NCBI GenBank assembly: GCA_965205975.1
Contig: OZ242195.1
Span: forward strand, 2,368,001 to 2,432,000
Reading direction: 5' to 3'
DNA from: Candidatus Latescibacterota bacterium
GTDB taxonomy: Bacteria; Latescibacterota; UBA2968
Length of the DNA: 64,000 bases
The translations under genes and the position numbers were made by a program. Positions 30,095-40,092 of this stretch are shown here, piece by piece. Each line of letters begins with the position of its first letter. The first letter of the stretch is position 1. Under the pieces are notes generated by a model. The model searched no databases. It was given only the letters and a program-made list of their open reading frames with translations, and was not told where the DNA came from.

Positions 30095-30958
30095 TTATAA
30101 ATTCTTCGCCATAGCAATAGCTTCATGTTCGGGCAAATAGGGCACATCCGTGCGATCCCAACTGCGTCTGCCGGCGACACAGTGAATGCCCATCAGTTGT
30201 CGCTTTTGGGGCGTATCGGCCCAATCGACAATGCTTTGCGGCGGTGGGCTCGCGATCCACTTTTTCACGAAAAAGGGCATATAACCATAAATAACGATGC
30301 GCCGATCCATCGCACTGGTATTGGCACACCCCGTATGCCAGCAGACCACGTTCCACAGCACGGCATCGCCAGCATTGAGAGCCATCTTCTCCATATTGGG
30401 CATGGTTTCCAGGGCATCTCTCGAATATTCGTCTTTGGGCGGATAATCCGGATTTGTGTGCGTACCAGGCACCAGTGAAAAGCATCCCATGTCTTCGGTC
30501 TGATCGTCGATAAAATAAAAAACTTTAATCTTGAGCGTATATTGCGGGTGCGTCCAGGGCGGCCAGTCTCGGTGCCAGTTCGTGTGTGCAGCAGTACCCG
30601 CATGGTGATTGTGATAGAGCATCTCCATCACCTGATAATCCGGGCCGACGATATTTTTGACATAGGGAATAACACTGGGATTATTGGCCAGATCGAGAAT
30701 GGTCCCATCTGTGTCAAAATCCGGACGGATAGTATGCGCGTAAGGTCCATTGCCATAGCCACTTCGGAACTTGCCGATCCGAAGCTCTTCTTCCCGTTCG
30801 GCAAGCATTTCTGCCTCGCGGCGTTCAAAAGCCCGTCGCACCCGGTCCAGACCAATGGGTTCAATAGCGTTTTTAATCACAATATACCCATTTTCAGCGT
30901 AAAAAGCGCGCTCCTCATCGGTTGGTGTCGAATATTCTATTGCATCAATCGTTGCCAT
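30095..30958 (-). CDS. Phytanoyl-CoA dioxygenase (PhyH) family protein
   Basis: ENGYIVI, WHRD, LVPGTH, WHTG.AN....RR. Confidence 0.85.
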   Translation of the reverse strand: MATIDAIEYSTPTDEERAFYAENGYIVIKNAIEPIGLDRVRRAFERREAEMLAEREEELRIGKFRSGYGNGPYAHTIRPDFDTDGTILDLANNPSVIPYVKNIVGPDYQVMEMLYHNHHAGTAAHTNWHRDWPPWTHPQYTLKIKVFYFIDDQTEDMGCFSLVPGTHTNPDYPPKDEYSRDALETMPNMEKMALNAGDAVLWNVVCWHTGCANTSAMDRRIVIYGYMPFFVKKWIASPPPQSIVDWADTPQKRQLMGIHCVAGRRSWDRTDVPYLPEHEAIAMAKNL

Positions 30959-30996
30959 AAATTGCTCCTGTGAGAACTGAATGATCCTCTTACCTC

Positions 30997-32229
30997 TTAG
31001 CCCTTCAGCGGTCGAGGTCCTAAAACCAGCAATGTACCAGGTGTTGAGGGAAAAGTCTCAATATATTGCGGAATCTGATCGAGGGTAACGGCATCAATAC
31101 CAGCGGCGATTTCGTCAATCGTGCGTACGCGGCCCTCGAGAAATAAGTCTTCGATGATACCTCCAGCGCGGCCCTCGGGCAAATCGCCAATGGTAAAAAG
31201 GCGCCCCTTGAGCACTGTCTTAGCCCGAATGAGCTCTTCGGCAGTGACATCGCGGCGCAATCGCGCGAGCTCCGATTGGCAGACATCCAGAGTCTCCTGG
31301 GCGCGGTCGGCAGTTGTCCCTGCATAAACAGCCATCAGGCCCCCGCCGCGGTATGCCTGATAAAAAGCCGACACACTGTAGGCCAGACCGCGTTTTTCGC
31401 GGACCTCTGTAAATAATCGGCTCGATCCACCACCGGAAAGAATGGCGATGGCGAGTTGGCCCGCGTAATAGAGATCCTGGCCTCGTGGAACACCGCGAGA
31501 AAGCGCACAAATATGGGCTTGCTCTGATGGCTTTTCGTGATGTACACTGCGGTCGGCAACAGAAATGGGATGGACTTCCTCCCTGTCTGCTGATTCACCT
31601 GTCCACCCGCCAAAAACATCGCCAACAGTCTCGATCACACTCTCCGCATCCAGACCGCCTGCAACCCCAATGAGCAAATGGGCTGGCCTGCAATGTGCAT
31701 CCCAATGGCGGCGAACGCCTGCAGGTGTAATAGCCGATACTGTATCGGGTTCTCCAAGGGGAATCCTGCCCATCGGTGAGCCAAGCCCCGCCTTATAGGC
31801 CATATACATAGCCTGTTGTATGGGGTTATCTTCTATGCGTTTGAGTTCCTCAAGAGTGATGGTCTTGGCGATCTCGACCTGGTCACTGGGAAAAGACGCG
31901 CTGCGAAAAAGTTCGGCATAAAGTTCGAGTGCGGGTTTGAATTTGTCGGGCAGGACTTGCGCGAGAAAAGAGGTATGTTCGACAGAGGTCGAAGAACTGC
32001 GCCTTATCCCAAGACCGTCAAAAGCGTCAAATATGGCGCGTGCGTCGTGTCTGGGCGTACCTTTAAAAAGAACATCTTCAGCAATGCGCGTAATGCCCAA
32101 TCTGTCGTTGAGATCGTCTTTCGCGCCAAAAGTAAAACGGAACGCAACAACAACCGATTGTGCGTCGGGCATAGGTTCGACAACCACGCGAATGCCGTTG
32201 TCGAAGGTATAAATTTGTGGCTCGGACAT
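30997..32229 (-). CDS. M16B peptidase-like non-catalytic subunit
   Basis: HxxEH replaced by RIAED; SSRLFTEVREKRGLAY carries the R/Y pair; start at ATG 32229. Confidence 0.85.
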   Translation of the reverse strand: MSEPQIYTFDNGIRVVVEPMPDAQSVVVAFRFTFGAKDDLNDRLGITRIAEDVLFKGTPRHDARAIFDAFDGLGIRRSSSTSVEHTSFLAQVLPDKFKPALELYAELFRSASFPSDQVEIAKTITLEELKRIEDNPIQQAMYMAYKAGLGSPMGRIPLGEPDTVSAITPAGVRRHWDAHCRPAHLLIGVAGGLDAESVIETVGDVFGGWTGESADREEVHPISVADRSVHHEKPSEQAHICALSRGVPRGQDLYYAGQLAIAILSGGGSSRLFTEVREKRGLAYSVSAFYQAYRGGGLMAVYAGTTADRAQETLDVCQSELARLRRDVTAEELIRAKTVLKGRLFTIGDLPEGRAGGIIEDLFLEGRVRTIDEIAAGIDAVTLDQIPQYIETFPSTPGTLLVLGPRPLKG

Positions 32230-32362
32230 TGTGGTCCTCACATAAAATTTTAGGGGCAGTACCTCTGTGACTGCCCAATTGGTTTTTCTCATATAATAAC
32301 ATGAGTATATATTGTCAATAGATATTGTAACACTTATTCCCTTTCAGGAGGTCATCATCTTC

Positions 32363-33337
32363 ATGAACGTCAAAGTCAAAAATTTGCGTGCGTTATGCCA
32401 GTCTATCCTCACCAACCGCGGACTCGACGCGGCTGACGCGCATATTGTGACAGATATTTTGATCGAAGCCGAATTGCGCGGACGCCCAACACATGGGATG
32501 ATTCGCCTGCCCGGCATTGCCGAGCGCGTATCTCAAGGTACCCAATTGCCCATGGTCGTAGAAAAAGACGCGCCAGCTTATACCCTCATCAATGGCCGAG
32601 ATAATCTGGGCTATCTGGTAGCACATCGGTGTGCGTGCGCCGCGATTGACAAAGCCAAACAGAGTGGCGTAGGCGTTGTGGGTACGCGCGACACGAGCCA
32701 TAGTGGGATGCTGGGCTATTACGCCTCTATGATAGCCGATGCGGGCCTGATAGGACTGGTTATGTGCAACACAGGCCCGCGCATTGTCCCCTGGGGCGGA
32801 CAGCAACCCGTGCTTGGAACAAATCCCATCGCTGCGGGATTTCCCACAGCAGAAGGCCAGGTACTGGTCGATTTTTCGTGTGCGGCGATTACCAATGGCG
32901 AAATATTGATGGCACTCAAAGACGGCAAAGAGATTCCCGCAGGACGCGCATTGGGACCAGATGGCAAACCGACAACTGATCCCGAGCAAGCACGCGCAGG
33001 AGGAGCATTGCCCTTTGGCGAACACAAAGGATACGCTTTGAGCGTAATGATTCAAATCTTCTCTGGTGTATTGCTCAATGCGGCACCCGTACCTGAAATG
33101 GGAAAAAATTACGGGATTTTCATGCTGGCTCTTGATCCCTCAATTTTTTTGGGGATGGACATTTTTCAATCGGGCGTTAGCGAAGTCATCCACACCATTA
33201 AGAATTCAATGCCCGCAGAAGGCATAACCGAAATTTTGATCCCGGGTGAGCGCGCATTTAGGGAACGCTCGACGCGGATACAGTCGGGTGTGGATATCGA
33301 CGATGAATTAATGGAAGAACTCCAGCAATTAGCGTAG
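32363..33337 (+). CDS. Ldh_2 family dehydrogenase (second paralog)
   Basis: AELRGRPTHG, SHSG.LGYY, LGTNPI, HKGYAL, IPGE. Confidence 0.9.
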   Translation: MNVKVKNLRALCQSILTNRGLDAADAHIVTDILIEAELRGRPTHGMIRLPGIAERVSQGTQLPMVVEKDAPAYTLINGRDNLGYLVAHRCACAAIDKAKQSGVGVVGTRDTSHSGMLGYYASMIADAGLIGLVMCNTGPRIVPWGGQQPVLGTNPIAAGFPTAEGQVLVDFSCAAITNGEILMALKDGKEIPAGRALGPDGKPTTDPEQARAGGALPFGEHKGYALSVMIQIFSGVLLNAAPVPEMGKNYGIFMLALDPSIFLGMDIFQSGVSEVIHTIKNSMPAEGITEILIPGERAFRERSTRIQSGVDIDDELMEELQQLA

Positions 33338-33354
33338 AGAGCACCTCTTTACCC

Positions 33355-33383
33355 TTGACAGCCCGAATGGGGTTGGCTACCTT
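33355..33383 (+). promoter_or_regulatory. sigma70 promoter of the dap operon
   Basis: TTGACA-17bp-TACCTT immediately 5' of the riboswitch. Confidence 0.65.
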
Positions 33384-33392
33384 TCCGTTCCG

Positions 33393-33579
33393 CAAGGGTA
33401 GAGGCGCGAGCCATCATCAGTATGCGGTGCAGGAGGCGAAACGGAGTACTGCTCCACTGTACCGACAAAAAGGGATCGTTCGCCGAAGTCCTGACCTGTT
33501 TCGCCACAGGAAAGGGCTGGTTCAGTGGATAATATCTGCTGAACTGTCACGGGAAAAGTTTCCGTGGAGAGCTCTCTTG
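33393..33579 (+). ncRNA. Lysine riboswitch (L-box)
   Basis: Conserved blocks in order GTAGAGGCGC, AAAGG, GCCGAA, CTGG, AATA, ACTGTCAC...GTGGAGAGCT; P1 closure; upstream of dapA. Confidence 0.9.
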
Positions 33580-33603
33580 TTCGCGAGATTTTCTGCTGCG
33601 TTC

Positions 33604-33642
33604 AGCGTCTGGCGATGCCCTTGAGAAGCCAGCGCTTTTTTT
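33604..33642 (+). terminator. Riboswitch expression-platform terminator
   Basis: AGCGTCTGGC...GCCAGCGCT followed by T-run, before the dapA RBS. Confidence 0.7.
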
Positions 33643-33671
33643 ATAGCAGAATGCAGAAACTGGAGGTTTTT

Positions 33672-34700
33672 ATGTTAAAAGGATGTCATACGGCGTTAAT
33701 CACCCCCCTGACAGCCAACCATGCCCTGGACCAGGATGGTCTGGAAAAACTGGTAGCATTTCAAATTTCTGAAGGGATTGATGGCCTTTTGGCCTGCGGC
33801 ACGACGGCTGAAAGTCCAACTCTGAGCAATGATGAACAAAGCTTGATCACGCGCGTAGTGTGCAGCCAGGCCAGAGAACAGTGCCGCGCCATTGGAGGAG
33901 CGGGCAGCAACTCTACGGCAAAAACCTTAAAAGCAGCCGAATACGCCGCGCAAGTAGGCGCAGACGCCATCCTGCTCGTCGATCCCTATTACAACGGACC
34001 GAGTTCTCTGGAAATTCGCAAAGAATACGTCGAACCCGTTGCCCGTGCATTTCCCGAATTGGACATGATCCCCTATGTCATACCTGGTCGGTCCGGCACG
34101 AAATTGCTCCCCGAAGACCTCGGCATCTTGTTTTCCGAATACAAGAATGTGAACACTGTGAAAGAGGCTACAGGCGATCTGAACAACATGGCGCGCACCC
34201 GCGAATGTTGTGGCGATGCGTTTTCGATCATGTCCGGAGATGACGACAAAACATTTGACATGATGACCAGTAACCATATTGACGCCGCGGGTGTAATCAG
34301 TGTAATATCTAATGTGGCACCCGGTCCTGTAACAAAAATGGTACACGCCATTCAAAGCGGGAATATGGCCGAAGCAAATCGCCTGCACGCCGCACTAAAA
34401 CCCTTATTTGGTATGGTCGGCGTTGTATCCGAAGAGCAAACACCTCATGGCGTGACAGAAGTCAAGGCGCGCAATCCATTACCGGTAAAAACCCTGATGA
34501 ATATTTTGGGCATGCCAGCCGGGCCGTGTCGCCAGCCATTGGGAAAAATGAACCGCGCTGGACTGGATATCGTGCTGGGCATTGCCCGCGAATTACAGGC
34601 CAATAACCCAGAGGTGTTCGCACCTATAGCATCATTCTTTGATACAGACGTAGCGCAACGCTTGAACGATGATTCGGTACTGGAAGGACTGGCGTATTGA
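33672..34700 (+). CDS. dapA: 4-hydroxy-tetrahydrodipicolinate synthase (long form)
   Basis: TALITP, GTTAESPTL, PYYN, Y.IPGRS, VKEA, SGDD, NPLPVK; GGAGG RBS. Confidence 0.9.
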   Translation: MLKGCHTALITPLTANHALDQDGLEKLVAFQISEGIDGLLACGTTAESPTLSNDEQSLITRVVCSQAREQCRAIGGAGSNSTAKTLKAAEYAAQVGADAILLVDPYYNGPSSLEIRKEYVEPVARAFPELDMIPYVIPGRSGTKLLPEDLGILFSEYKNVNTVKEATGDLNNMARTRECCGDAFSIMSGDDDKTFDMMTSNHIDAAGVISVISNVAPGPVTKMVHAIQSGNMAEANRLHAALKPLFGMVGVVSEEQTPHGVTEVKARNPLPVKTLMNILGMPAGPCRQPLGKMNRAGLDIVLGIARELQANNPEVFAPIASFFDTDVAQRLNDDSVLEGLAY

Positions 34701-34721
34701 TAGCTTTTTTCTGGAGCAATT

Positions 34722-35528
34722 ATGATTAAAGTGGGTATTTGTGGTATTGCCGGACGGATGGGACAGCGAATTTCTCATCTGACCCTCGAAGCCGAAGGAT
34801 TGGATTTGGGCGGTGGAGTCGAGTTTCCAGGTCATCCCGTAATTGGAAAAGACATTGGCGAAGTCATAGGCGTTCCTCCCAAAGGTATATCAGTAATGGA
34901 TACTGTCGAGGCGATGGCGGACAATGTCGATGTAATCACGGCATTCACCGCGCCCCCCGATCCAACAGTTGTTGCAGCAGAAATAGCGGGGCGCGCTGGC
35001 GTGCCGATGGTCATTGGCACAACGGGTTTGTCGCCCGATCAGGTAGAGACCATGACACATGCCCTGAAAGACGTGGCCTGTGTATTCGCACCCAATTTTA
35101 GCGTAGGTGTAACAGTATTAGTCCAACTCGTCGAAGAAGCCGCGCGCATTCTGGGCGGTGATTACGATGCAGAAATCGTCGAAGCGCACCACCGATTTAA
35201 AACCGATGCGCCATCGGGAACGGCTTATGCACTGGCCGAAGCCGCAGCAAGGGGATTGAATCTCAACTTGCAAGAAGTAGGCGTATATGGGCGCTATGGC
35301 GATACGGGCGCGCGAACACGCGAAGAAATCGGCGTACACGCCATTCGCGCTGGCGATATCGTCGGCGAACACACGGTCATGTTCGGGGGCATTGGAGAAA
35401 CCGTCGAACTCGTCCATCGCGCTCAAAGTCGCGATACATTCGCCTCTGGCGTGATTCGGGCCATCCCCTTTGCTTTTGAAGCCACCCCGGGGATGTATGA
35501 CATGCGCGATGTATTGGGGTTGAGATGA
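34722..35528 (+). CDS. dapB: 4-hydroxy-tetrahydrodipicolinate reductase
   Basis: GIAGRMG, GTTG, APNFSVG, EAHHRFKTDAPSGTA. Confidence 0.95.
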   Translation: MIKVGICGIAGRMGQRISHLTLEAEGLDLGGGVEFPGHPVIGKDIGEVIGVPPKGISVMDTVEAMADNVDVITAFTAPPDPTVVAAEIAGRAGVPMVIGTTGLSPDQVETMTHALKDVACVFAPNFSVGVTVLVQLVEEAARILGGDYDAEIVEAHHRFKTDAPSGTAYALAEAAARGLNLNLQEVGVYGRYGDTGARTREEIGVHAIRAGDIVGEHTVMFGGIGETVELVHRAQSRDTFASGVIRAIPFAFEATPGMYDMRDVLGLR

Positions 35529-35578
35529 GAAGGTAAGACGTAAAACTAAGATGTAAAACGCAAAAGAGGAGGAAATTC

Positions 35579-37486
35579 ATGAGTGTTGATGTGCATGCGG
35601 CATTTGATGCCGGACAAACCCTTGCTGTGGCAGACCAGATTTTAATTTCACCGCAAGCGGGTTCTTTGCAGAGCCGCGTAGATGAACTCTTAGATGCAAT
35701 TGAGAATAGCGGGGCCTCTGGCGATTTAATTTGCAAGACATTGATTCAGTTGGGCATGAACTTTGTCGGACGCGATGCCGAGATTGTTGGATATGGTGTT
35801 GGGGAAATAGATGTAGCACTCGACAGCGTGTTGAACGCGCTCGATAATTTGGAAGGCGATCACGCCACAGGTGTTGTGGAAGGCTTTTTGGCCGACATGA
35901 AATCCGTAAATCTATCCGATAGTCTTTCGGGATTATTAGCCGAGCGCATTGAGTCAAACCTGGACATGGGCAATCCCGCCCGGTCATTTCTGGAATTGCT
36001 CAAAACCAATATGCGCGGCGGTGTGTATTGGCAGATGATCGGTGAAAATGTCTGTAAATTTGGCAATGACTTTGCGCGCGGTCTGGAGTACTTGCGACAC
36101 TACGGCTTTTGTCAGGTCTCCACAAATCCGGTATTGGCTGCCAAAGCATTTGACGAAGACCCCTCGCTGGACGATGAACTCAAAGCCGAAATCGCCAGGC
36201 ACGACGAATGGAAAGCCGATCCCGAAAAATATGCCGATGACATTGTAATGGCTGCCACACTGATTGCGCTGTGGCCCAATCTTTCAATCTTTCGGCCCCT
36301 GGCGATGCATACGGGACTGAAAGACTACATGGTGAGCTTTCAGCTCAATCCCAATATCGCAGATCAGGCCGATGCCAGCATTGAAGATGCGCACAACGCA
36401 TATCGCATTGCCGATGACTATTTGAAAGGATATGACAAATTATTGGGCGTCAGCGATATAACCCTGGATCCCAATATCGTATTCAAGGTCGGCGGCGGAC
36501 ACGAAGCAGCGCGAAAAATCACCACCGTGCTCAACAGTGAAGGCATTGGTACAAATAATACGGTCGTTTACACAGTGGCACAGGAAGTGCAACTCGTCAT
36601 CGATGCCTTTGAAGGCAAAGCCAGAGCGGCACAGGCGGGCAAGCAAGTGGTGAGAACTTATGAAACGAATATGGGGGGACGGTTTGTAAGCCATTTGCGC
36701 GAGGTAGAAGCCGAAAAGCTATTCGAAGCATTATCAGAAGATCGCGCCAGTGAATTGCTCGCCGAACTCGCTTCTGATCTGGAAGTCGATATACCCGAAG
36801 GGACATTGGCCGAACAAGCGACTGAAATATGTTCTTATGCCTACCTGAAGTCTCTGGATCATCCCATAATCTTAAAAGTTGCCGAAGCGGCCGGTCAATC
36901 TTCAGAAGCAATTGTGCAACTTGAAGCCGATTTAAAAAAAGCGGGGACGGTCGTTGCGCGACGCGTACATTGGATTTTCTACGCGCCTGAAAATCGACCC
37001 AAATGGGTTGCCTACTTGTCAGACACCTACGGTTTGTCAGAAGATCAGGCACAGTGGATTTTGGCGTCAATGGATGTGCTGCCAGCGTCCAAACGCGTTC
37101 CCGATGACACGCTTCACGCACTGGGCGAAAACATGTGCCATACAGAATTTCCCAACCATCAACGCGCCGTTCAACTCGTGTCAGAAGAACCCAATTTTGA
37201 CCTGGACGAACTCAGGGGATCAATCGGTCATGAATACGAACCCGGCGTGACACAGCGACTTTACGAATTACCCGATTTCCAGAAGGGCTACGATCTGACG
37301 CCCTCTCTAAAGGATTTTATCGAGAACGAGGTTCAAATTGATCTGAGTGGCTGGCAAACGCGGGGCATGGAACCCGGCGACTGGCCTGAATTTGGATCGG
37401 TTCAAAAAACCACCACTGAGTTTAAAGTCGCGTATGACACATTTTTGATGCGTTGCGTTGAACTGGCCAAAGAAGTTGCTGGATAA
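35579..37486 (+). CDS. Large transaldolase/fructose-6-phosphate aldolase-fold protein
   Basis: STNP, SFQLNP, NIVFKV, EGIGTNNTVVYT..Q, MGGR; GAGGAGG RBS. Confidence 0.75.
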   Translation: MSVDVHAAFDAGQTLAVADQILISPQAGSLQSRVDELLDAIENSGASGDLICKTLIQLGMNFVGRDAEIVGYGVGEIDVALDSVLNALDNLEGDHATGVVEGFLADMKSVNLSDSLSGLLAERIESNLDMGNPARSFLELLKTNMRGGVYWQMIGENVCKFGNDFARGLEYLRHYGFCQVSTNPVLAAKAFDEDPSLDDELKAEIARHDEWKADPEKYADDIVMAATLIALWPNLSIFRPLAMHTGLKDYMVSFQLNPNIADQADASIEDAHNAYRIADDYLKGYDKLLGVSDITLDPNIVFKVGGGHEAARKITTVLNSEGIGTNNTVVYTVAQEVQLVIDAFEGKARAAQAGKQVVRTYETNMGGRFVSHLREVEAEKLFEALSEDRASELLAELASDLEVDIPEGTLAEQATEICSYAYLKSLDHPIILKVAEAAGQSSEAIVQLEADLKKAGTVVARRVHWIFYAPENRPKWVAYLSDTYGLSEDQAQWILASMDVLPASKRVPDDTLHALGENMCHTEFPNHQRAVQLVSEEPNFDLDELRGSIGHEYEPGVTQRLYELPDFQKGYDLTPSLKDFIENEVQIDLSGWQTRGMEPGDWPEFGSVQKTTTEFKVAYDTFLMRCVELAKEVAG

Positions 37487-37543
37487 GCGGTTTACAATGC
37501 AGATATCAGCGGGGATGGATGAGGCTGTTACCCAGAACTCGTA

Positions 37544-38113
37544 TCACTTATCCCCGCTTTTCATCTGCGCGTCTAAAATAGTACTTCCCTCCCGATTCTC
37601 TCTCATGCGTGCAAAATACGATTCTTCGTGTCCTTCTGCCGAGAGCACCATCACATCCCACATTTTTTCGCCGCTCTCATCCCCCTGTTGCTCCAATCGC
37701 CACATCATCACATATTCTGTTCCCGGGTCGCGTTGCCAGGGCACCAGAGGATCTACATCAACCAACTTTCGAGGTTCTGCCCCACTAAAATCCACACCTG
37801 TGGAAGTATGCACGGTAAACTTGATCTGCCCATTGCGCATATCGTAAACCACCTGCCCTTTTTCCACAAAATTTCTCTGGATATGGGGCTCCTGCACCGT
37901 CAGTGAATACGTACTATCGCTAAGTACGAGAATTGTAATTTCTCGCTCCAGATCATCTTCTCCACGTATCCCGGTCTCACTCCCTGCATACATAAACCAG
38001 GCGCCCATTGGCGTGTCCAATTTTTGTCGTGTCGCAATCTGCTCTTTCTCTTTTTCCTCCCCAGCGCATCCCGCGATCAGACACAATAATACCACACCCA
38101 ATACCTGTTTCAT
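37544..38113 (-). CDS. Hypothetical lipoprotein (beta-barrel/lipocalin-like)
   Basis: LIAGC lipobox, G.W motif; GGAGG RBS. Confidence 0.7.
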   Translation of the reverse strand: MKQVLGVVLLCLIAGCAGEEKEKEQIATRQKLDTPMGAWFMYAGSETGIRGEDDLEREITILVLSDSTYSLTVQEPHIQRNFVEKGQVVYDMRNGQIKFTVHTSTGVDFSGAEPRKLVDVDPLVPWQRDPGTEYVMMWRLEQQGDESGEKMWDVMVLSAEGHEESYFARMRENREGSTILDAQMKSGDK

Positions 38114-38128
38114 GAACCCTCCATATAT

Positions 38129-38156
38129 AAAAACGGTCCAAAAAGAATTTGGACCG
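38129..38156 (-). terminator. Terminator after dnaJ
   Basis: CGGTCCAAA/TTTGGACCG stem with a T-run on the minus strand. Confidence 0.55.
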
Positions 38157-38182
38157 CTCGCCTGTTTTCCGTGTGATGTACA

Positions 38183-39346
38183 CTATCCTCCAAATGCTTC
38201 TTTGAAGCGCTCAAAAAAGCCTTTCCCGCCCTCTGGCGGCTGTATGTTTTCCAATTTGGCCAACTTGGCAAACAACTCCTCTTCTTCCCGGCTCAATTTT
38301 GCCGGCGTCCAGACCGCCACGCGCACGAGTTGATCGCCCGTGCGATATCCATCCAATTCGGGAATGCCCTTGCCGCGCAATCTAAAAATCCGCCCCGACT
38401 GTGTTCCCGCAGGGATCTTCATACTCACGCGACCAGTCAGGGTTGGCACTTCTATATCTGCGCCCAGAGCTGCCTGGCTAAAACTGATGGGCAAATCGTA
38501 CACAATATCGTTACCGTGTCTTTCAAAATATTCGTGTTCTTCTTCTTCCACAAAGACCATACAATCGCCCGCAGGCCCGCCATTTGGCCCGGCATTCCCC
38601 TGCCCCCGCAGCGGAATATAATTGCCTTCGGAAATACCCGCTGGGATATTGACCGAAAGGTCCTTCTGCTTCTTCACTCGTCCTTGTCCGTGGCAACTGT
38701 CACATTGCTCGCGCACCACGTTACCATTGCCATTGCACTGCGGGCAAGTTGTGACATTGACAAACTGCCCAAACAAGGAGCGCGTCGCCTGCCGAATCTG
38801 TCCCACGCCACCACACATATCGCAGGTTACGGGCGCACTTCCCGGCTTTGCCCCAGCACCTCCGCACGTATCACAGGTTTCCAAACGCGATAGCCGAATG
38901 GTTTTTTGAGCACCCTCGGCAATCTCCTCTAAGGTCAAACTGATCGAAATCCTCAAATCCTCACCGCGATTTGACCGCCGTGGGCTGCGCCGACCAAACA
39001 AATCGCCAAAAATGCCCCCACCAACCCCACCAAAGATCTCGTCCAGATTGGAAAAAATATCTTGAAAATCACCGGCATGCGAAAAATCTGACCACTGAAA
39101 GCCACCGCCCCGAAAGGTACTGCTGACGCCTTCGTGCCCAAAACGGTCATACGCCTGTCGTTTTTGTGCATCCATCAGCACTTCATAAGCTTCGGCACCT
39201 TCTTTGAACATTTCCTCTGCTTGTGGATTGTCCTTATTGCGATCCGGGTGATACTTCAGCGCGTGCTTGCGATAAGCTTTCTTAATCTCATCTTCCGAAG
39301 CTCCGCGATCTACCCCCAATATCTCGTAATAATCTCTTTTGGCCAT
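38183..39346 (-). CDS. dnaJ: Chaperone DnaJ
   Basis: J-domain HPD, G/F region, four CxxCxGxG repeats. Confidence 0.97.
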   Translation of the reverse strand: MAKRDYYEILGVDRGASEDEIKKAYRKHALKYHPDRNKDNPQAEEMFKEGAEAYEVLMDAQKRQAYDRFGHEGVSSTFRGGGFQWSDFSHAGDFQDIFSNLDEIFGGVGGGIFGDLFGRRSPRRSNRGEDLRISISLTLEEIAEGAQKTIRLSRLETCDTCGGAGAKPGSAPVTCDMCGGVGQIRQATRSLFGQFVNVTTCPQCNGNGNVVREQCDSCHGQGRVKKQKDLSVNIPAGISEGNYIPLRGQGNAGPNGGPAGDCMVFVEEEEHEYFERHGNDIVYDLPISFSQAALGADIEVPTLTGRVSMKIPAGTQSGRIFRLRGKGIPELDGYRTGDQLVRVAVWTPAKLSREEEELFAKLAKLENIQPPEGGKGFFERFKEAFGG

Positions 39347-39408
39347 TGACCTTTCCCATCAACATGCAAAAAGAGCCGCGCTGTTGCGACCCTGTTTATT
39401 TTTTCAAT

Positions 39409-40074
39409 CTAACTTTTATCTGCCTCCGCGTCCTCTTCCTGGACCTCCGGTGCAGGCTTGCCCTGGCTTACCACCACTTTCGCCGGTCGCAGCACCTTAT
39501 CGCCCAGGCTATATCCTTTTTCAATCTCATCTGAGACGATACCGACATCGTAGATTTCAGATGGCATTTGCATCAATGCCTCATGCACATTCGGATCAAA
39601 TGTTTTGCCAACCGTCTCAATTTCTTTCAGATTGCGATTGTAGAGCACGCGCGGAAATTGTTCCATAATCATTTTTATGCCTTCTTGAAATCCCTCCGAC
39701 TCTGTATCCCCATTTTCGCTGTGTGCCAATGCGCGACCAACACCGTCTAAAATGGGCAATAAATCGCGAATCACATCTTCGCTGGCAGATTCTACAAGAA
39801 TCTCAAATTCTCGTGCCCTGCGTTTTTTGTAATTCTCAAACTCAGCGGCAAGACGCATCCACCGCTCTTTGTACATTTCGGCTTCTTCGCGTGCCAAAAA
39901 TAAGGGAGTAGCCTCTATCTTCTCCTTTGGCTCCTCCGATTGATCGGCTTCACCATTAACTTCATCTTTCGCTACCTCTACATCCTCCACCGCCTCATTT
40001 TCCATCACATCTTCAGCTTCCACGACTTCTTCTTCCAGTGATATTTCTTGTTTTTTTTCTTTTTTCTGCGCCAT
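39409..40074 (-). CDS. grpE: Nucleotide exchange factor GrpE
   Basis: RLAAEFENYKKR, FDPNVHEA, KGY....VLRPAKV. Confidence 0.97.
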   Translation of the reverse strand: MAQKKEKKQEISLEEEVVEAEDVMENEAVEDVEVAKDEVNGEADQSEEPKEKIEATPLFLAREEAEMYKERWMRLAAEFENYKKRRAREFEILVESASEDVIRDLLPILDGVGRALAHSENGDTESEGFQEGIKMIMEQFPRVLYNRNLKEIETVGKTFDPNVHEALMQMPSEIYDVGIVSDEIEKGYSLGDKVLRPAKVVVSQGKPAPEVQEEDAEADKS

Positions 40075-40092
40075 GATTTTTCAACAACTCCT

